A program made the translations under genes and the position numbers. A stretch of DNA of 124,000 nt, from NCBI RefSeq assembly GCF_000737315.1, contig NZ_JMCB01000006.1:20001-144000 (forward strand). Reading direction: 5' to 3'. This document shows, one piece after another, positions 113,156 to 123,241 of the stretch; position 1 is the first letter of the stretch; the number at the start of each line of letters is the position of its first letter. The notes beneath the pieces are model-generated. The model was not told the origin of the DNA, searched no databases, and saw only the letters and a program-made list of their open reading frames with translations. Origin of the DNA: Hyalangium minutum. Its GTDB lineage: Bacteria > Myxococcota > Myxococcia > Myxococcales > Myxococcaceae.

Positions 113156-114991
113156 CTACCTCGCCGCCGGAAGCACCAGCCGGAAGACACTGCCTCCCGA
113201 GGGCCTCGGTGAGGCGGTGAGGTCCGCGCCCATGCGGCGCAGCAGCCGCCACGCCAGCGCGAGCCCGAAGTTCAGGCGCAAGGTGTCCCCGCTCTGTGAA
113301 TCGGCCTGGATGCGCGGGTCGAAGATCTCCGCGTGCCGCGCCTCACTCAGCGTGAGCAGGGAGTCCTCCAGTTGGATGAAGGCACGCCCATCCGCGTACC
113401 CAGCGAGGACCTTCAGCGGCACGGGCGGCTGGCCCTGGGGCAACGGGCTGGCCTCGCACAGGAAGGAGAGGATGCGCTTGAGGCTGGAGGTGAAGTCCTG
113501 CAGCCCCACCCACGCGAACACGGGCCCCGAAGTCTCTACCTGGAATGGCCGGCACAAGGTGGTATCGCGCACCTGGCGCTCCAGCAGCTCCGTGATGTCC
113601 ACCCGCGCGGCGGGCGACACCGGGCTCCCTCCCGACACGGCACGCAGCTCCTCGAGCAGGCGCTCCACGCGGCGGATGCCGTCCATGGCATCCACGGCCG
113701 ACTCCTCCACGTCCTGGATGGAGGTCTCCGTCTCGTGGCCCGCCGCGGTGAGCAGCTTGTGCGCCAGTTCCTTGCAGCGAGGGTCGTCCTTCTGGGAGAG
113801 CTCCTGCGCCGCGTCGCGGGCCGTGCGCCACAGGGACTTCACATCCTTCGAGTAAGAGGACAGCGCCTGCAAGCCGGCCTTGGTGAAGGCCAGGGGGTTG
113901 CTCAGCTCGTGCGTCACCCCGGCGGCCAGCTTGCCCACCGTGGCCAGCTTCTCGGCCTTCACCAGCTCCTCGCGCGTGGCCTCCAGGTCCTTCACGCGGG
114001 CCTCGAGCTCGCCGTTGAGGCGCGCCGTCTCCAGCGCCAGTGCGAGCTGCGCGGCGAACAGGCTGCCCCGCTGCAGCTCCGAGACCGAGAACCCTGGCTG
114101 GCCCACGCCGCGCAACAGGATGAGGCAGCCTGCGGGCGCATCTCCCACTTGCAGCGAGTACGCCAGCGCCGAGCCCAGCCGATCCACCGGCACGAAGGGC
114201 CAGTCGCGCGAGGTGCGCACCAGACACACGGGCTCCTGCGCCTGAATGGCCCGCCGGGACAGCTCCCGCAGCGCGAGGGGCGGCACCTCCAGCCCATCCG
114301 TGGAGGGGCAGATGCTCAGCTCGGCCTGCCCTCGCTCCGGCAGCAGCAACCGGAACGCCTGGTGCGGCACGAGGTCCAGCGTCAGCTCGCCCAGGTGCGC
114401 CAGCACCTCGGCACGGGTCCGCAGCGAGAGCAGCGCGCAGCTCACCTCGTACAGCGGCACCAGCGAGCGCAGGCGCCGCTTCTCCACCGCCCGGAGGATG
114501 AGGTGGCGCAGCTCGGCGATGTCATACGGCTTGCGGATGTAGTCGTACGCGCCCTGCTTCATGCAGGCCAGCGCCGTCTCCAGGCTCGCGTAGCCGGTGG
114601 CGACGATGATTTCCATGTCCGGGTCCAGCTCGCGCAGCGCGGACACCGTCTCCACGCCATTCATGCCCGGCATCTTCAAGTCGGTGATGGCCACGTCGAA
114701 GCGGCGGGTGCCCAGCAGCGACACCGCCGAGCGGCCCCCGTCCGCCGTCACCACCTCGAACTCGTTGGCGGGCAGCGAGAAGGCCAGCATCTCGCGCATG
114801 TCCGGCTCATCGTCGATGACGAGCACGGAGATGCCTCCTCCCGGGGTGAGCTCCTGCACGCTGCGCTTGGGGAGCGGCGAAGCGGAGGCGCCGCGGGACG
114901 CGGACGCGCCCCCGGCGAGGCTCTCGTCCCGGGTGGCAAACCGGCCCTCCCCAGGAGCCTCTGGCGACGGACCTATGAGCTTCACTTCCAT
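113156..114991 (-). CDS. REC-GAF-HisKA protein with degenerate HATPase domain
   Basis: Intact REC (TDLKMP) and H-box THELSNPL; N and G1 boxes not recognisable. Confidence 0.8.
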   Translation of the reverse strand: MEVKLIGPSPEAPGEGRFATRDESLAGGASASRGASASPLPKRSVQELTPGGGISVLVIDDEPDMREMLAFSLPANEFEVVTADGGRSAVSLLGTRRFDVAITDLKMPGMNGVETVSALRELDPDMEIIVATGYASLETALACMKQGAYDYIRKPYDIAELRHLILRAVEKRRLRSLVPLYEVSCALLSLRTRAEVLAHLGELTLDLVPHQAFRLLLPERGQAELSICPSTDGLEVPPLALRELSRRAIQAQEPVCLVRTSRDWPFVPVDRLGSALAYSLQVGDAPAGCLILLRGVGQPGFSVSELQRGSLFAAQLALALETARLNGELEARVKDLEATREELVKAEKLATVGKLAAGVTHELSNPLAFTKAGLQALSSYSKDVKSLWRTARDAAQELSQKDDPRCKELAHKLLTAAGHETETSIQDVEESAVDAMDGIRRVERLLEELRAVSGGSPVSPAARVDITELLERQVRDTTLCRPFQVETSGPVFAWVGLQDFTSSLKRILSFLCEASPLPQGQPPVPLKVLAGYADGRAFIQLEDSLLTLSEARHAEIFDPRIQADSQSGDTLRLNFGLALAWRLLRRMGADLTASPRPSGGSVFRLVLPAAR

Positions 114992-117159
114992 GCGGTCGCC
115001 TCCATGCGGTGCGCCTGGGGGGGCGCTCCTGCCGCCGGAAGCCACAGCCGGACCGTCGTCCCGGCTCCCGGAGATGTCTTCACGTCGAGGGCACCTCCGT
115101 GCGCCTCGACAATGTTCCTTGTAATGGACAATCCGAGCCCTGTCCCCTGTCCGACGGGCTTGGTGGTGAAGAATGGATCGAAGGCGCGCAGAAGCACCTC
115201 CTCGGACATACCGCTGCCGGTGTCCGTCACCACGAGTTCCACCCCGCCCCCTGGGGCCACCGGCTGGGCGCTCACCTGCACGGCCCCCCCGCTCGGTGTC
115301 GCGTCCAGCGCGTTGGTAATCAGGTTGAGCAAGGCAGACTCGATTTCCTGGACGCTGACTTCCAGCTCGGGCAGCTCCGGAGAGGGGGGGAGTACCTCAA
115401 AGGAGACCCCCGCCCGGTTCGCTTGACCACGCACCAGCTCCGTTACCCTCTCGAAGAGAACGGCCACCGCCACGCGCTCGCGGATGGGGACCTTCTTGCG
115501 CGAGAAGTCCAGCAGCGCCCGGACGAGCTGGGCACAGCGCTGGGCCTGCCGCTCGATGGAGGCCACCGCACCCCGGACACTGTCCTCCAGGGTATTGCGC
115601 CGCGCCAGCCCTTGGGCGTAGCCGATGATGATGCCCAGCGGGTTGTTGAGCTCGTGCGAGAGCCCCGCGACGAGCGTGCCCATGGCGGCCATCTTCTCCG
115701 ACTGGACGAGGGACTCGCGCAGCCGCTTCACCTCGCGCTGATCCCTCATGATGAAGAGATACCCCATGGGCTGGCCGGCCGCGTCCGCGATGCGTGTCAC
115801 CTGCAACTGTACCAGGACGGGCCCCGCCTCCCGGCTCGTGAGGGTGACCTCCGCCTCGGCGGGCTGGCCGGTGGCGCTGGCGCGGGTGATGAGCTCGGAG
115901 ATGGCCTCCCGGGCCCCCGCGGCCACCATCGGGGCCAGGAAGGAGCTCTCGGCAAGCTGCTCCAGGCGCCACCCGAAGAGGCCCTCCGCGGCCTGATTCC
116001 AGACGCGCGCCTTGCCCTGGAGATCCATCAGCGCGATGGCGCTCGGGGCGGCGGAGGTGATGTGGGCCAGCAGGGCGGCCTTGTCTCGCGAGCGCTCCAG
116101 CTCCGCGGTGCGCTGCTCCAGCCGCTCGAGCATCTCGTCGAAGGTGCGGGCAATGGAGCCCAGCTCGTCCCGGGACCGGAGCCGGATGCGCTGGCTCAGG
116201 TCGCCTTCGTCGACGATGCGCCGCATGGTGTCCTCGATGCGCTCCAGCGGGTGCAGCAGGCTGCGGGTCCCCCAGACGATCACCACCGCGAACAGCACGG
116301 CCAGCAGCGCTCCGGCGCCCACCATCTGCTGGCGCAGCTCCTGGAGCGGCAGGGTGAGCCTCTCGGCGGGCACGGAGAGCACCAGGGACCAGTGCAGCGC
116401 GTGCTGGAGGGGGAAGCCCTTCAGCGGCTCGACCAGGTAGATGGTGTCCTCCTGCTGGAAGGTGGTCTGCACGGGGGTGGGACCCAGGCTCCGGACCTTC
116501 TCCAGCGCCTCCGAGGGAATGAACCCGAACAGCGGCCCCTGGCCGGAGAACAGGGCTGCCTCGAGACCGCTCCTCAGGGCAACCTCCTGCAGATGGGAGA
116601 GGTCTAACTCGGACACCACCGCCCCCTCGGCGTGCTCCTGGTAGAGGACGGGAACGGCGAACAGCAGGTGCGTGTGGTCCTCTCGCTGGGTGACGGTGAG
116701 GACGCGCTTCCCGTCCTGCACCTGCGGCCACCAGGGCTCGTCGGCGAAGTGCACGGCATGCGCGGGGCTGTCCGCCGGCACCCTGTTGCGGGCGATGGTG
116801 CGCCCCGCGAAGTCCACCAGCCACACGTCCGTCTGGTCCCCGCCCAGGCCGGGCAGCTCCAGCCGCTGCATGAAGGGCACCAGGTAGTCACCGCGCCCCA
116901 TCGGGTCGATGACGCTGTTGACCATGAACGTGTTGGAGGCCAGCGACTTCATGAAGTCCCACTTGAGGGTCAGCTGGGCCTCGATGTCGTTGGAGACGGT
117001 GACAGCCGTCAGCTGGAGCTGCTGCTCGATCTTCTCCGCGAGCGCCTCCCTCGCTTTGCCCGAGACAGTGGCGACGAGCACCCCTACGGTGGCCACGTCG
117101 ATCAGGAAGAAGAACAGGAGGATCTTTCCCTGAAGGCTTCGGAAGAAGCGCACGGCCAC
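114982..117159 (-). CDS. Cache-like-HAMP-PAS sensor histidine kinase
   Basis: Two TMs, HAMP RDELGSIA, SHELNNPL, DTGSGM, GTGLGL. Confidence 0.9.
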   Translation of the reverse strand: MAVRFFRSLQGKILLFFFLIDVATVGVLVATVSGKAREALAEKIEQQLQLTAVTVSNDIEAQLTLKWDFMKSLASNTFMVNSVIDPMGRGDYLVPFMQRLELPGLGGDQTDVWLVDFAGRTIARNRVPADSPAHAVHFADEPWWPQVQDGKRVLTVTQREDHTHLLFAVPVLYQEHAEGAVVSELDLSHLQEVALRSGLEAALFSGQGPLFGFIPSEALEKVRSLGPTPVQTTFQQEDTIYLVEPLKGFPLQHALHWSLVLSVPAERLTLPLQELRQQMVGAGALLAVLFAVVIVWGTRSLLHPLERIEDTMRRIVDEGDLSQRIRLRSRDELGSIARTFDEMLERLEQRTAELERSRDKAALLAHITSAAPSAIALMDLQGKARVWNQAAEGLFGWRLEQLAESSFLAPMVAAGAREAISELITRASATGQPAEAEVTLTSREAGPVLVQLQVTRIADAAGQPMGYLFIMRDQREVKRLRESLVQSEKMAAMGTLVAGLSHELNNPLGIIIGYAQGLARRNTLEDSVRGAVASIERQAQRCAQLVRALLDFSRKKVPIRERVAVAVLFERVTELVRGQANRAGVSFEVLPPSPELPELEVSVQEIESALLNLITNALDATPSGGAVQVSAQPVAPGGGVELVVTDTGSGMSEEVLLRAFDPFFTTKPVGQGTGLGLSITRNIVEAHGGALDVKTSPGAGTTVRLWLPAAGAPPQAHRMEATAWK

Positions 117160-117162
117160 CTC

Positions 117163-118347
117163 CTAGGGCGCGGAGGGCACCAGGACGCCCTCGGAAGTGA
117201 AGGTGGTGAGCTGGTAGTCGGAGAGCTCCAGCGCCTCGTGGCGCGTGGGGGTGAAGGCGGGCTGATACGTGCGGATGAGTCCTTTATGAGGCCCGAGCTG
117301 TTCCAGGGCGTCGCGGACCTTCGGCCGATCCGTGGTGCCCGCCTTCTTGATGGCCAGCGCCAGCAGCCACACGGCGTCATACGCGTGCGCCGTCCCTACC
117401 GGCGCGGAGATGTCCTCGGCCCGCGTCGTCCCGAACATCTGGTGGTAGGCGGTGAGGAAGTCCTGGGTCCGCTTGTCCTTGGCGCCCACGAAGGAGAACG
117501 TCTGGAACACGGAGAGCTCGACCTCGGAGAGGGCCGGCCCCGCCATCGCCACGAAGCTCCCACCCGAGAGGCCCCAGTGCGCATAGAGGGGCACGCGCTT
117601 GTCCTGGGGCCTGCGCGCCATGCTCTTGATGGCGTTGCTGCCCTCCGGGGCGTTGGCCACCAGGAGGATGGCCTGGGCGCCCATGCGCTCGAGCGCGGCG
117701 ACCTGTGCGTCCATGTTCTCGTCGGCCCAGTTGAACCACTGCACGCCTGCGGGCGTCAGCTTGCGCCGGGCCAGCGCCTCGCTCATGGCCTTCTCATTGC
117801 TCCGGCCCCACGCGCTGCGCTCCAGCAACAGCCCGAGCTGGGTCCGCCCCGGCTTCAGCGCCTTGGAGACCAGGAACTCCCCCACGAGCGAATCCTGGGC
117901 GGAGACCCGGAAGGTGTAGCTGGGTGTCTCGCCGTGATCGATGAGCTCCTTGGTGGACGCCCACGTCCCCATGAACACGAGCTGCCGCCGGTGGATGTAC
118001 GGGAGGCTCGTGAGGAAGGCGGCGCCGTGCAGCCCCCCCAGCACGGCCACGAGGTTCGGCATGTCCGCGAGCTCGGGGAGCTGGGACTCGGCCCGAGCGG
118101 GCACGCCGTGGTGGTCTCTCACCACGAGCTCCAGCTTGCGTCCGCCCAGGAGGCCGCCCTGGCCGTTGATCTCGGAGATGGCCAGCAGCGCCCCGCGGCG
118201 GACGGCCTCTCCCGCCATGGCCGAGCCGGAGCTCATGTCCGCGTGAAGCCCCAGGACAATCGGAGGCCTGTCGAGAGGCTTGTCCTGCGCGCCCGCAACC
118301 CCCGCCACCAGCAGGGCCGCGCACAGCATCCACCCCAGTCGTTGCAT
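117163..118347 (-). CDS. LivJ-like periplasmic binding protein with no transporter nearby
   Basis: Signal peptide, INGQGGLLGGRKLELVVRD, HAYDAVWLLALAI. Confidence 0.85.
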   Translation of the reverse strand: MQRLGWMLCAALLVAGVAGAQDKPLDRPPIVLGLHADMSSGSAMAGEAVRRGALLAISEINGQGGLLGGRKLELVVRDHHGVPARAESQLPELADMPNLVAVLGGLHGAAFLTSLPYIHRRQLVFMGTWASTKELIDHGETPSYTFRVSAQDSLVGEFLVSKALKPGRTQLGLLLERSAWGRSNEKAMSEALARRKLTPAGVQWFNWADENMDAQVAALERMGAQAILLVANAPEGSNAIKSMARRPQDKRVPLYAHWGLSGGSFVAMAGPALSEVELSVFQTFSFVGAKDKRTQDFLTAYHQMFGTTRAEDISAPVGTAHAYDAVWLLALAIKKAGTTDRPKVRDALEQLGPHKGLIRTYQPAFTPTRHEALELSDYQLTTFTSEGVLVPSAP

Positions 118348-118526
118348 GTACGCCCCCTGGGTCGCCCGTCCCAAGCCCCACCTGTCCTGAGTGCCAGCGG
118401 TGATAACGCGTCTTCTCGCGAGGTGCAGCCACCTCGCTTCCCCCGGGTCTTCTGACCGACACCCACAATGTATCAGGTCCAATCCCGAGCCCTGCAAGCC
118501 GCCGGGGTCCCCGCTATGGTGGGGAC

Positions 118527-119366
118527 GTGAGCCCGCCCCGCTTCGTCCCCGGTCATGAGCCCCCCACCCGCCGCCGCGAAGAGGCCTTCCTGTTTGCCGC
118601 CCAGGGCCTGGAGCTCCTCATCGAGGAGCGGGAGGGCGGCGTGGCCATCCCCCAGGGTGCTCGCCTGCCGGAGCTCGCCGAGGGCGCGCACTTCATCGGC
118701 ACGCTGGATGGGGTGGACTGCTACGCCGCCAGCTGGCCGAAGGGAAAGGAGCCCCCCACGGGGCTGAAGCTCATCGGCGGGCGCAACCTGTTCCGGCAGG
118801 TGGACGAGGAGCTGCTGTTCGTCGCGGGCCGCGCGCTGGCCATCGCCGAGTGGGATGTCACTCACCGCTTCTGCGGCCGCTGTGCCACGCCCACGGACCT
118901 GGTGCCCGGCGAGCGCGCGCGCCGCTGCCCCGCGTGCCACACGCCCTTCTATCCGCGCATCTCGCCTGCGGTCATCGTGCTGGTGACCCGGGGGGACAGC
119001 GTCCTGCTGGCCCGCTCCGCCAGCTTCCCGGACGCCTTCTTCAGCACGCTCGCGGGCTTCGTGGAGCCGGGCGAGTCGCTCGAGGAGACGGTGCACCGCG
119101 AGGTGAAGGAGGAGGTGGGGGTGGAGCTGAAGAACCTGCGCTACTTCGGCAGCCAGCCGTGGCCCTTCGGGCGCTCGCTCATGGTGGGCTACACCGCCGA
119201 GTACGCGGGCGGCGAGCTGCACGTGGACGACAAGGAGATTGCCGAGGCCGGCTGGTTCACCGTGGACACCCTCCCCCGCATCCCCCCGCGCCTGAGCATC
119301 GCGCGCCACCTCATCGACTCGTGGGTGGAGCGGATGAAGGGGAAGGCCGGCCCCTCGGGGAGCTAG
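118527..119366 (+). CDS. nudC: NAD(H) diphosphatase NudC
   Basis: RFCGRC, CPAC, YPRISPAVI, Nudix box, SQPWPF. Confidence 0.93.
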   Translation: MSPPRFVPGHEPPTRRREEAFLFAAQGLELLIEEREGGVAIPQGARLPELAEGAHFIGTLDGVDCYAASWPKGKEPPTGLKLIGGRNLFRQVDEELLFVAGRALAIAEWDVTHRFCGRCATPTDLVPGERARRCPACHTPFYPRISPAVIVLVTRGDSVLLARSASFPDAFFSTLAGFVEPGESLEETVHREVKEEVGVELKNLRYFGSQPWPFGRSLMVGYTAEYAGGELHVDDKEIAEAGWFTVDTLPRIPPRLSIARHLIDSWVERMKGKAGPSGS

Positions 119367-119469
119367 GGGCGGAGCGCCTGCCTGTCAGGCGCGTGGAACG
119401 TCCCGGGTCAGCCAAGCGGTTGGAATCCTCCGGGGACCGTGCTTAAAAGCGCCCCCCGCTCGCCCTCCC

Positions 119470-120162
119470 ATGCTTGCCGCGCGTCCTCATATCCAGCCCC
119501 GCCGCACACCCACCGCGGACTCCGTGATGGTGAAGGAGATCTACCTCTCCGTGCAGGGCGAGTCTTCCCACGCGGGCCTGCTGTGCTCCTTCGTGCGCCT
119601 CACCGGCTGCCACCTGCGCTGCACCTACTGCGACAGCGAGTTCGCCTTCCGGGGCGGCACCCGCATGAAGAACGCCGAGGTGGTGGAGCAGGTGAAGGCC
119701 CTGCGCGCCCCGCTGGTGGAGGTGACGGGCGGCGAGCCCCTGCTCCAGCCCGGCGTGTACCCGCTCATGGAGGCCCTGCTCGCCGAGGGCCTCACCGTGC
119801 TGCTGGAGACGAGCGGCGCCATCGACGTGCGGCTGGTGCCCCCGGCCGTGCACAAGATCGTCGACATGAAGACGCCCTCCTCGGGCGAGTGCGACCGGAA
119901 CGACTTCGGCAACTTCACCTCGATGAACGCCAACGACGAGCTGAAGTTCGTCATCGGCAGCCGGGCGGACTACGACTGGGCGCGCGCGCTCATCACCGAG
120001 CACCGCCTGCTGGACAAGCCCTTCGGGCTGCTGTTCTCCACCGTGTTCGGCAAGCTGCACCCGCGCGAGCTGTCCGAGTGGATCATCGAGGACCGGCTGC
120101 CCGTGCGCTTCCAGCTCCAGCTGCACAAGTACGTGTGGGACCCTGCTGCCCGGGGCGTGTGA
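119470..120162 (+). CDS. queE: 7-carboxy-7-deazaguanine synthase-like radical SAM protein
   Basis: EIYLSVQGE, VRLTGCHLRCTYCDS, TGGEPL, QLQLHK. Confidence 0.85.
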   Translation: MLAARPHIQPRRTPTADSVMVKEIYLSVQGESSHAGLLCSFVRLTGCHLRCTYCDSEFAFRGGTRMKNAEVVEQVKALRAPLVEVTGGEPLLQPGVYPLMEALLAEGLTVLLETSGAIDVRLVPPAVHKIVDMKTPSSGECDRNDFGNFTSMNANDELKFVIGSRADYDWARALITEHRLLDKPFGLLFSTVFGKLHPRELSEWIIEDRLPVRFQLQLHKYVWDPAARGV

Positions 120163-120175
120163 GCGCGCTCACCGC

Positions 120176-120619
120176 TCACCACCGGCCGCGGCGGGCGATG
120201 AAGGAGACCAGCAGCCCAACCCACGCCAGCACCAGCAACCCGTTCACCACGCCCAACCCCAGCGCGAGCCAGGCCTGCCCTGCGCCGCCAACGGCTCCTT
120301 GGCTCTCGCGGATCCGGCGCCGCTCTCGCGTGCCGACCCACAGTCCAAGCACGGACATCACCAGGTTCTGCAGCGGCAGGGCCCCCAGCAGCGGGAAGGT
120401 GACGAGGACAAGGACGTTGAGCGCGAGGATGACCTTCATCCTCCGGGGCGGCACGGCGCCCTTGTGCAGCAACGCGAGGCAGCTGGCGCAGGAGGCCGCC
120501 TCTCCCAGGAGCTCGGTGCAGGCGCCGCACAGGAAGGTGCCGCAGCGCGCGCAGGAGGCCACCGCGGCGGCCTCGGGGTGATTCGCGCAGCGCGCGCCAG
120601 CCGGCTCGGGCGTGAGCAT
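120176..120619 (-). CDS. B-box-like Zn finger membrane protein
   Basis: CANHP...CARCGTFLCGAC plus three TMs. Confidence 0.7.
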   Translation of the reverse strand: MLTPEPAGARCANHPEAAAVASCARCGTFLCGACTELLGEAASCASCLALLHKGAVPPRRMKVILALNVLVLVTFPLLGALPLQNLVMSVLGLWVGTRERRRIRESQGAVGGAGQAWLALGLGVVNGLLVLAWVGLLVSFIARRGRW

Positions 120620-120655
120620 TCACCACCTCCAGCGCCAGGAGCCGAAGCCCAGGCC

Positions 120656-120934
120656 TCAGTAGTCCGGCGGGTACCCCACCATCACCCGCGTCACCCCATG
120701 GGCGCCCAGGCCCAGGAAGACGGCGGCCAGCACCGAGCAGCCGAAGAAGCCCGCGAGGATGAGGTTCTTGCGCGGGTGCTCGAACTGGCTGAACGCGTAG
120801 AAGAGGATGTAGCAGGGGATGAGCAGCACCATCATCCCCGTGCCCACGCTGCGACGGAACGCGTGGATGAACAGGAAGACGGCGCAGACGAGCGTCACGA
120901 GCCCAAACAGAGTGGCGAGCGGCAGGAGCGGCAC
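120656..120934 (-). CDS. Small membrane hypothetical protein
   Basis: Three hydrophobic segments, clean ORF. Confidence 0.6.
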   Translation of the reverse strand: MPLLPLATLFGLVTLVCAVFLFIHAFRRSVGTGMMVLLIPCYILFYAFSQFEHPRKNLILAGFFGCSVLAAVFLGLGAHGVTRVMVGYPPDY

Positions 120935-121026
120935 GATAGGCCACAGATAACACGGTCCAGGCTTTGCGGCGGCCCCAAGCGCATATAAATGACGCTCACC
121001 CGCCCTCCTTCCGAGGTACCCCTGCC

Positions 121027-121338
121027 ATGGACAAGCTCAAGACAGTGCTCCTCTTCACGCTCGTGGGCGGGCTGATCGGCAACGTGGTGGCCACCTTCAC
121101 GAACCGCAGCTACCAGGTGTGGAACAACACCACGCCGCTGGCCACGGAGACGAAGTGCAACCTGCCGCAGGTGGTGCACGACGTCACCACGGAGCTCATC
121201 CACGCCCAGGCCCTCGGCGCGGGCATCGGCGCGCTCGTCTTCCTGGTGCTGGGCATCGTCTTCGTCCAGGCCCGCGCCAAGAAGCAGCGCGCCACCCCGC
121301 CCGCGCCCCCGGCCGCGCCCACGCCCACGGCGGGCTGA
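121027..121338 (+). CDS. Small 2-TM hypothetical protein
   Basis: GAGG RBS, two TMs, Pro/Ala tail. Confidence 0.6.
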   Translation: MDKLKTVLLFTLVGGLIGNVVATFTNRSYQVWNNTTPLATETKCNLPQVVHDVTTELIHAQALGAGIGALVFLVLGIVFVQARAKKQRATPPAPPAAPTPTAG

Positions 121339-121342
121339 GCCT

Positions 121343-121726
121343 CTACGGGCGCGGGTGGACCTGGACCGTCGTCGAGCCGCTCAGCGAGGAGCCCTCTCCG
121401 TCGCGGATGTTCACCCTGAGCAGGAAGCTCGTCACTTTGGTGACCTCGGGCGCGATCCAGGTCGGCTCCCCCACCTCGGGGTTGCTGTACGTCCCCGCGG
121501 GCTCCGACGGCGACTGGATCCACCGGTAGCGCAGCTCATCCCCATCCTCGTCCGTCACCACCAGGTGCATCTGCACCTCGGTCCCGGAGACCACGTCCTT
121601 CATGGAAGGCTCGGGGCCCGCGGAGACGATGGGATTGTGGTTGGGAGGCCCGTAGCCACACCCCGTCCCCAGCACTCCCAGCAGCAGCAGCGACGCACCA
121701 CCCCGATGCGAGAAGAACGATTTCAT
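121343..121726 (-). CDS. PKD/Ig-like domain lipoprotein
   Basis: Lipobox GTGC; DEDGDELRYRWIQ...PTWIAP. Confidence 0.7.
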   Translation of the reverse strand: MKSFFSHRGGASLLLLGVLGTGCGYGPPNHNPIVSAGPEPSMKDVVSGTEVQMHLVVTDEDGDELRYRWIQSPSEPAGTYSNPEVGEPTWIAPEVTKVTSFLLRVNIRDGEGSSLSGSTTVQVHPRP

Positions 121727-121811
121727 GAGAGCCGGCCCTCCAGCGCGGTGAGTAGGAGCCGCACTTTAGTGCCTGCCCCCCACCCCCGCATCTGCCTCCG
121801 GGCAGGGGATG

Positions 121812-123188
121812 TCACGCCAGCAGCAACTCGACCGTGAAGCGCGCCCCGCCCTCCGGGCGGTTCTCCGCGCGCAGCGAGCCTCCGAAGGTCTCCACGTACT
121901 CGCGCGAGAGCGCCAACCCCAGCCCCGTCCCCTTCCCCTGTGCCTTGGTGGTGAAGAAGGGCGTGAAGAGCCGCGACAGGTGCTCCGGCGGGAAGCCCGG
122001 CCCATTGTCCTCGAGGACCAGGTGCACCCGCTCCTCTCGCGGCTGAACCCTCAGCGCCACCCGAGGGCCTTTCACCCCAGTGTCCTCCAGCGCGTCCGCC
122101 GCGTTGAGCAGCAGGTTGAGCAGCACCTGGCCCAGCCGCCGCGCATCCGCGCGCACCAGCGGCATCGCGGGAGGCACCTCCACCTTCACCTCCAGCCGCT
122201 TCAGCCGCACCGAGGCCAGCCGCATGCTCTCCTCAATGACGGTGGAGAGCTGGCAGTTGCCCACCTCCCTCGGCGTGGGCTCCGCGTCGCCGCGCGCCAG
122301 CGCCGTCAGGTCCTGGACGATTTGCTGGATGCGCACCACGCCCGCCTGCGTCTCGTTCACCACCTCCAGCCAGTCCGCCATGGGCCGGCTCTGCTGACGC
122401 GGCAGCTCGTCCGCCAGGAAGCCCAGGTTGGCCTGGATGAAGGCCAGCGGGTTGTTCACCTCGTGGGCCACGCCCGCCGCCAGCCGGCCCACCTGCACCA
122501 GCCGATCCACCTCCTGAGCGCGCGTCTGCGTGGCCGCCAGCGCCTCCTGCGCCACTTGCCGGTGGGCCTCCGCGTCCGCGCGGGCCTGCTTCATCCGCGC
122601 GTAGAAGTACGAGGCCTGAACCGCCACCATTCCCGAGGCGGTGATGAGCAGCCCCCACAGCACGAGGAGGGAGGCGGAGCGGCCCTCCAGCACCAGCACC
122701 CCGAGCGCCGTCACCAGGCTGGCGGCCGCGCTCAGCAGGGAGCGGTACAGCACCCCCATTGACAGGGCCATGCCCAGCAGGGGCAGCGCGCAGAACCACG
122801 CGAACACGGGGCTCTGGCTGCCGCCCAGCCGCCAGATGATCCACGCCACGAACACCTGCGGCAGCACCAGCCCGGTGATGGACCAGCCCACCGTGCCCCG
122901 GTACCGGGCCTGGATGTGCCGCAGCCCCCAGAACGTCAGCAGCGTCAGCAGCATCCAGAGGAGCCGGATGGCCAGCGTGTCCCACCGCGCCTGCTGCGAC
123001 GCGAGTATGTCCACCGCCCAGAAGGGCAGGTTCGACATCGCCATCCACACCACCGCCCGCTGCTTCTGCCGCGCCACGGTGTCACGGGGAGTGGAGCCGG
123101 TGGGTTCGCGGGAGAGGCCGCGCCCTTCGACCGGAGGGACTTGTTTCAAGAGAAACTCACTTCTCGGCCATTCCAGGAAGACTGGCAA
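121812..123188 (-). CDS. Multi-TM sensor histidine kinase
   Basis: Five to six TMs, AHEVNNPL, DNGPGF, FFTTK, GTGLGL. Start uncertain. Confidence 0.88.
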   Translation of the reverse strand: MPVFLEWPRSEFLLKQVPPVEGRGLSREPTGSTPRDTVARQKQRAVVWMAMSNLPFWAVDILASQQARWDTLAIRLLWMLLTLLTFWGLRHIQARYRGTVGWSITGLVLPQVFVAWIIWRLGGSQSPVFAWFCALPLLGMALSMGVLYRSLLSAAASLVTALGVLVLEGRSASLLVLWGLLITASGMVAVQASYFYARMKQARADAEAHRQVAQEALAATQTRAQEVDRLVQVGRLAAGVAHEVNNPLAFIQANLGFLADELPRQQSRPMADWLEVVNETQAGVVRIQQIVQDLTALARGDAEPTPREVGNCQLSTVIEESMRLASVRLKRLEVKVEVPPAMPLVRADARRLGQVLLNLLLNAADALEDTGVKGPRVALRVQPREERVHLVLEDNGPGFPPEHLSRLFTPFFTTKAQGKGTGLGLALSREYVETFGGSLRAENRPEGGARFTVELLLA

Positions 123189-123241
123189 AAATCCAATCCC
123201 ATGGATCCGCGAGACCCGTCAAGTCTCTGAAATCACGGCCG

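Noticed and set aside
119470-120162. QueE as part of a Dpd- or Qat-type anti-phage system
   Set aside because: No QueC, TGT, TatD or ATPase partners nearby; the context (nudC) is housekeeping.
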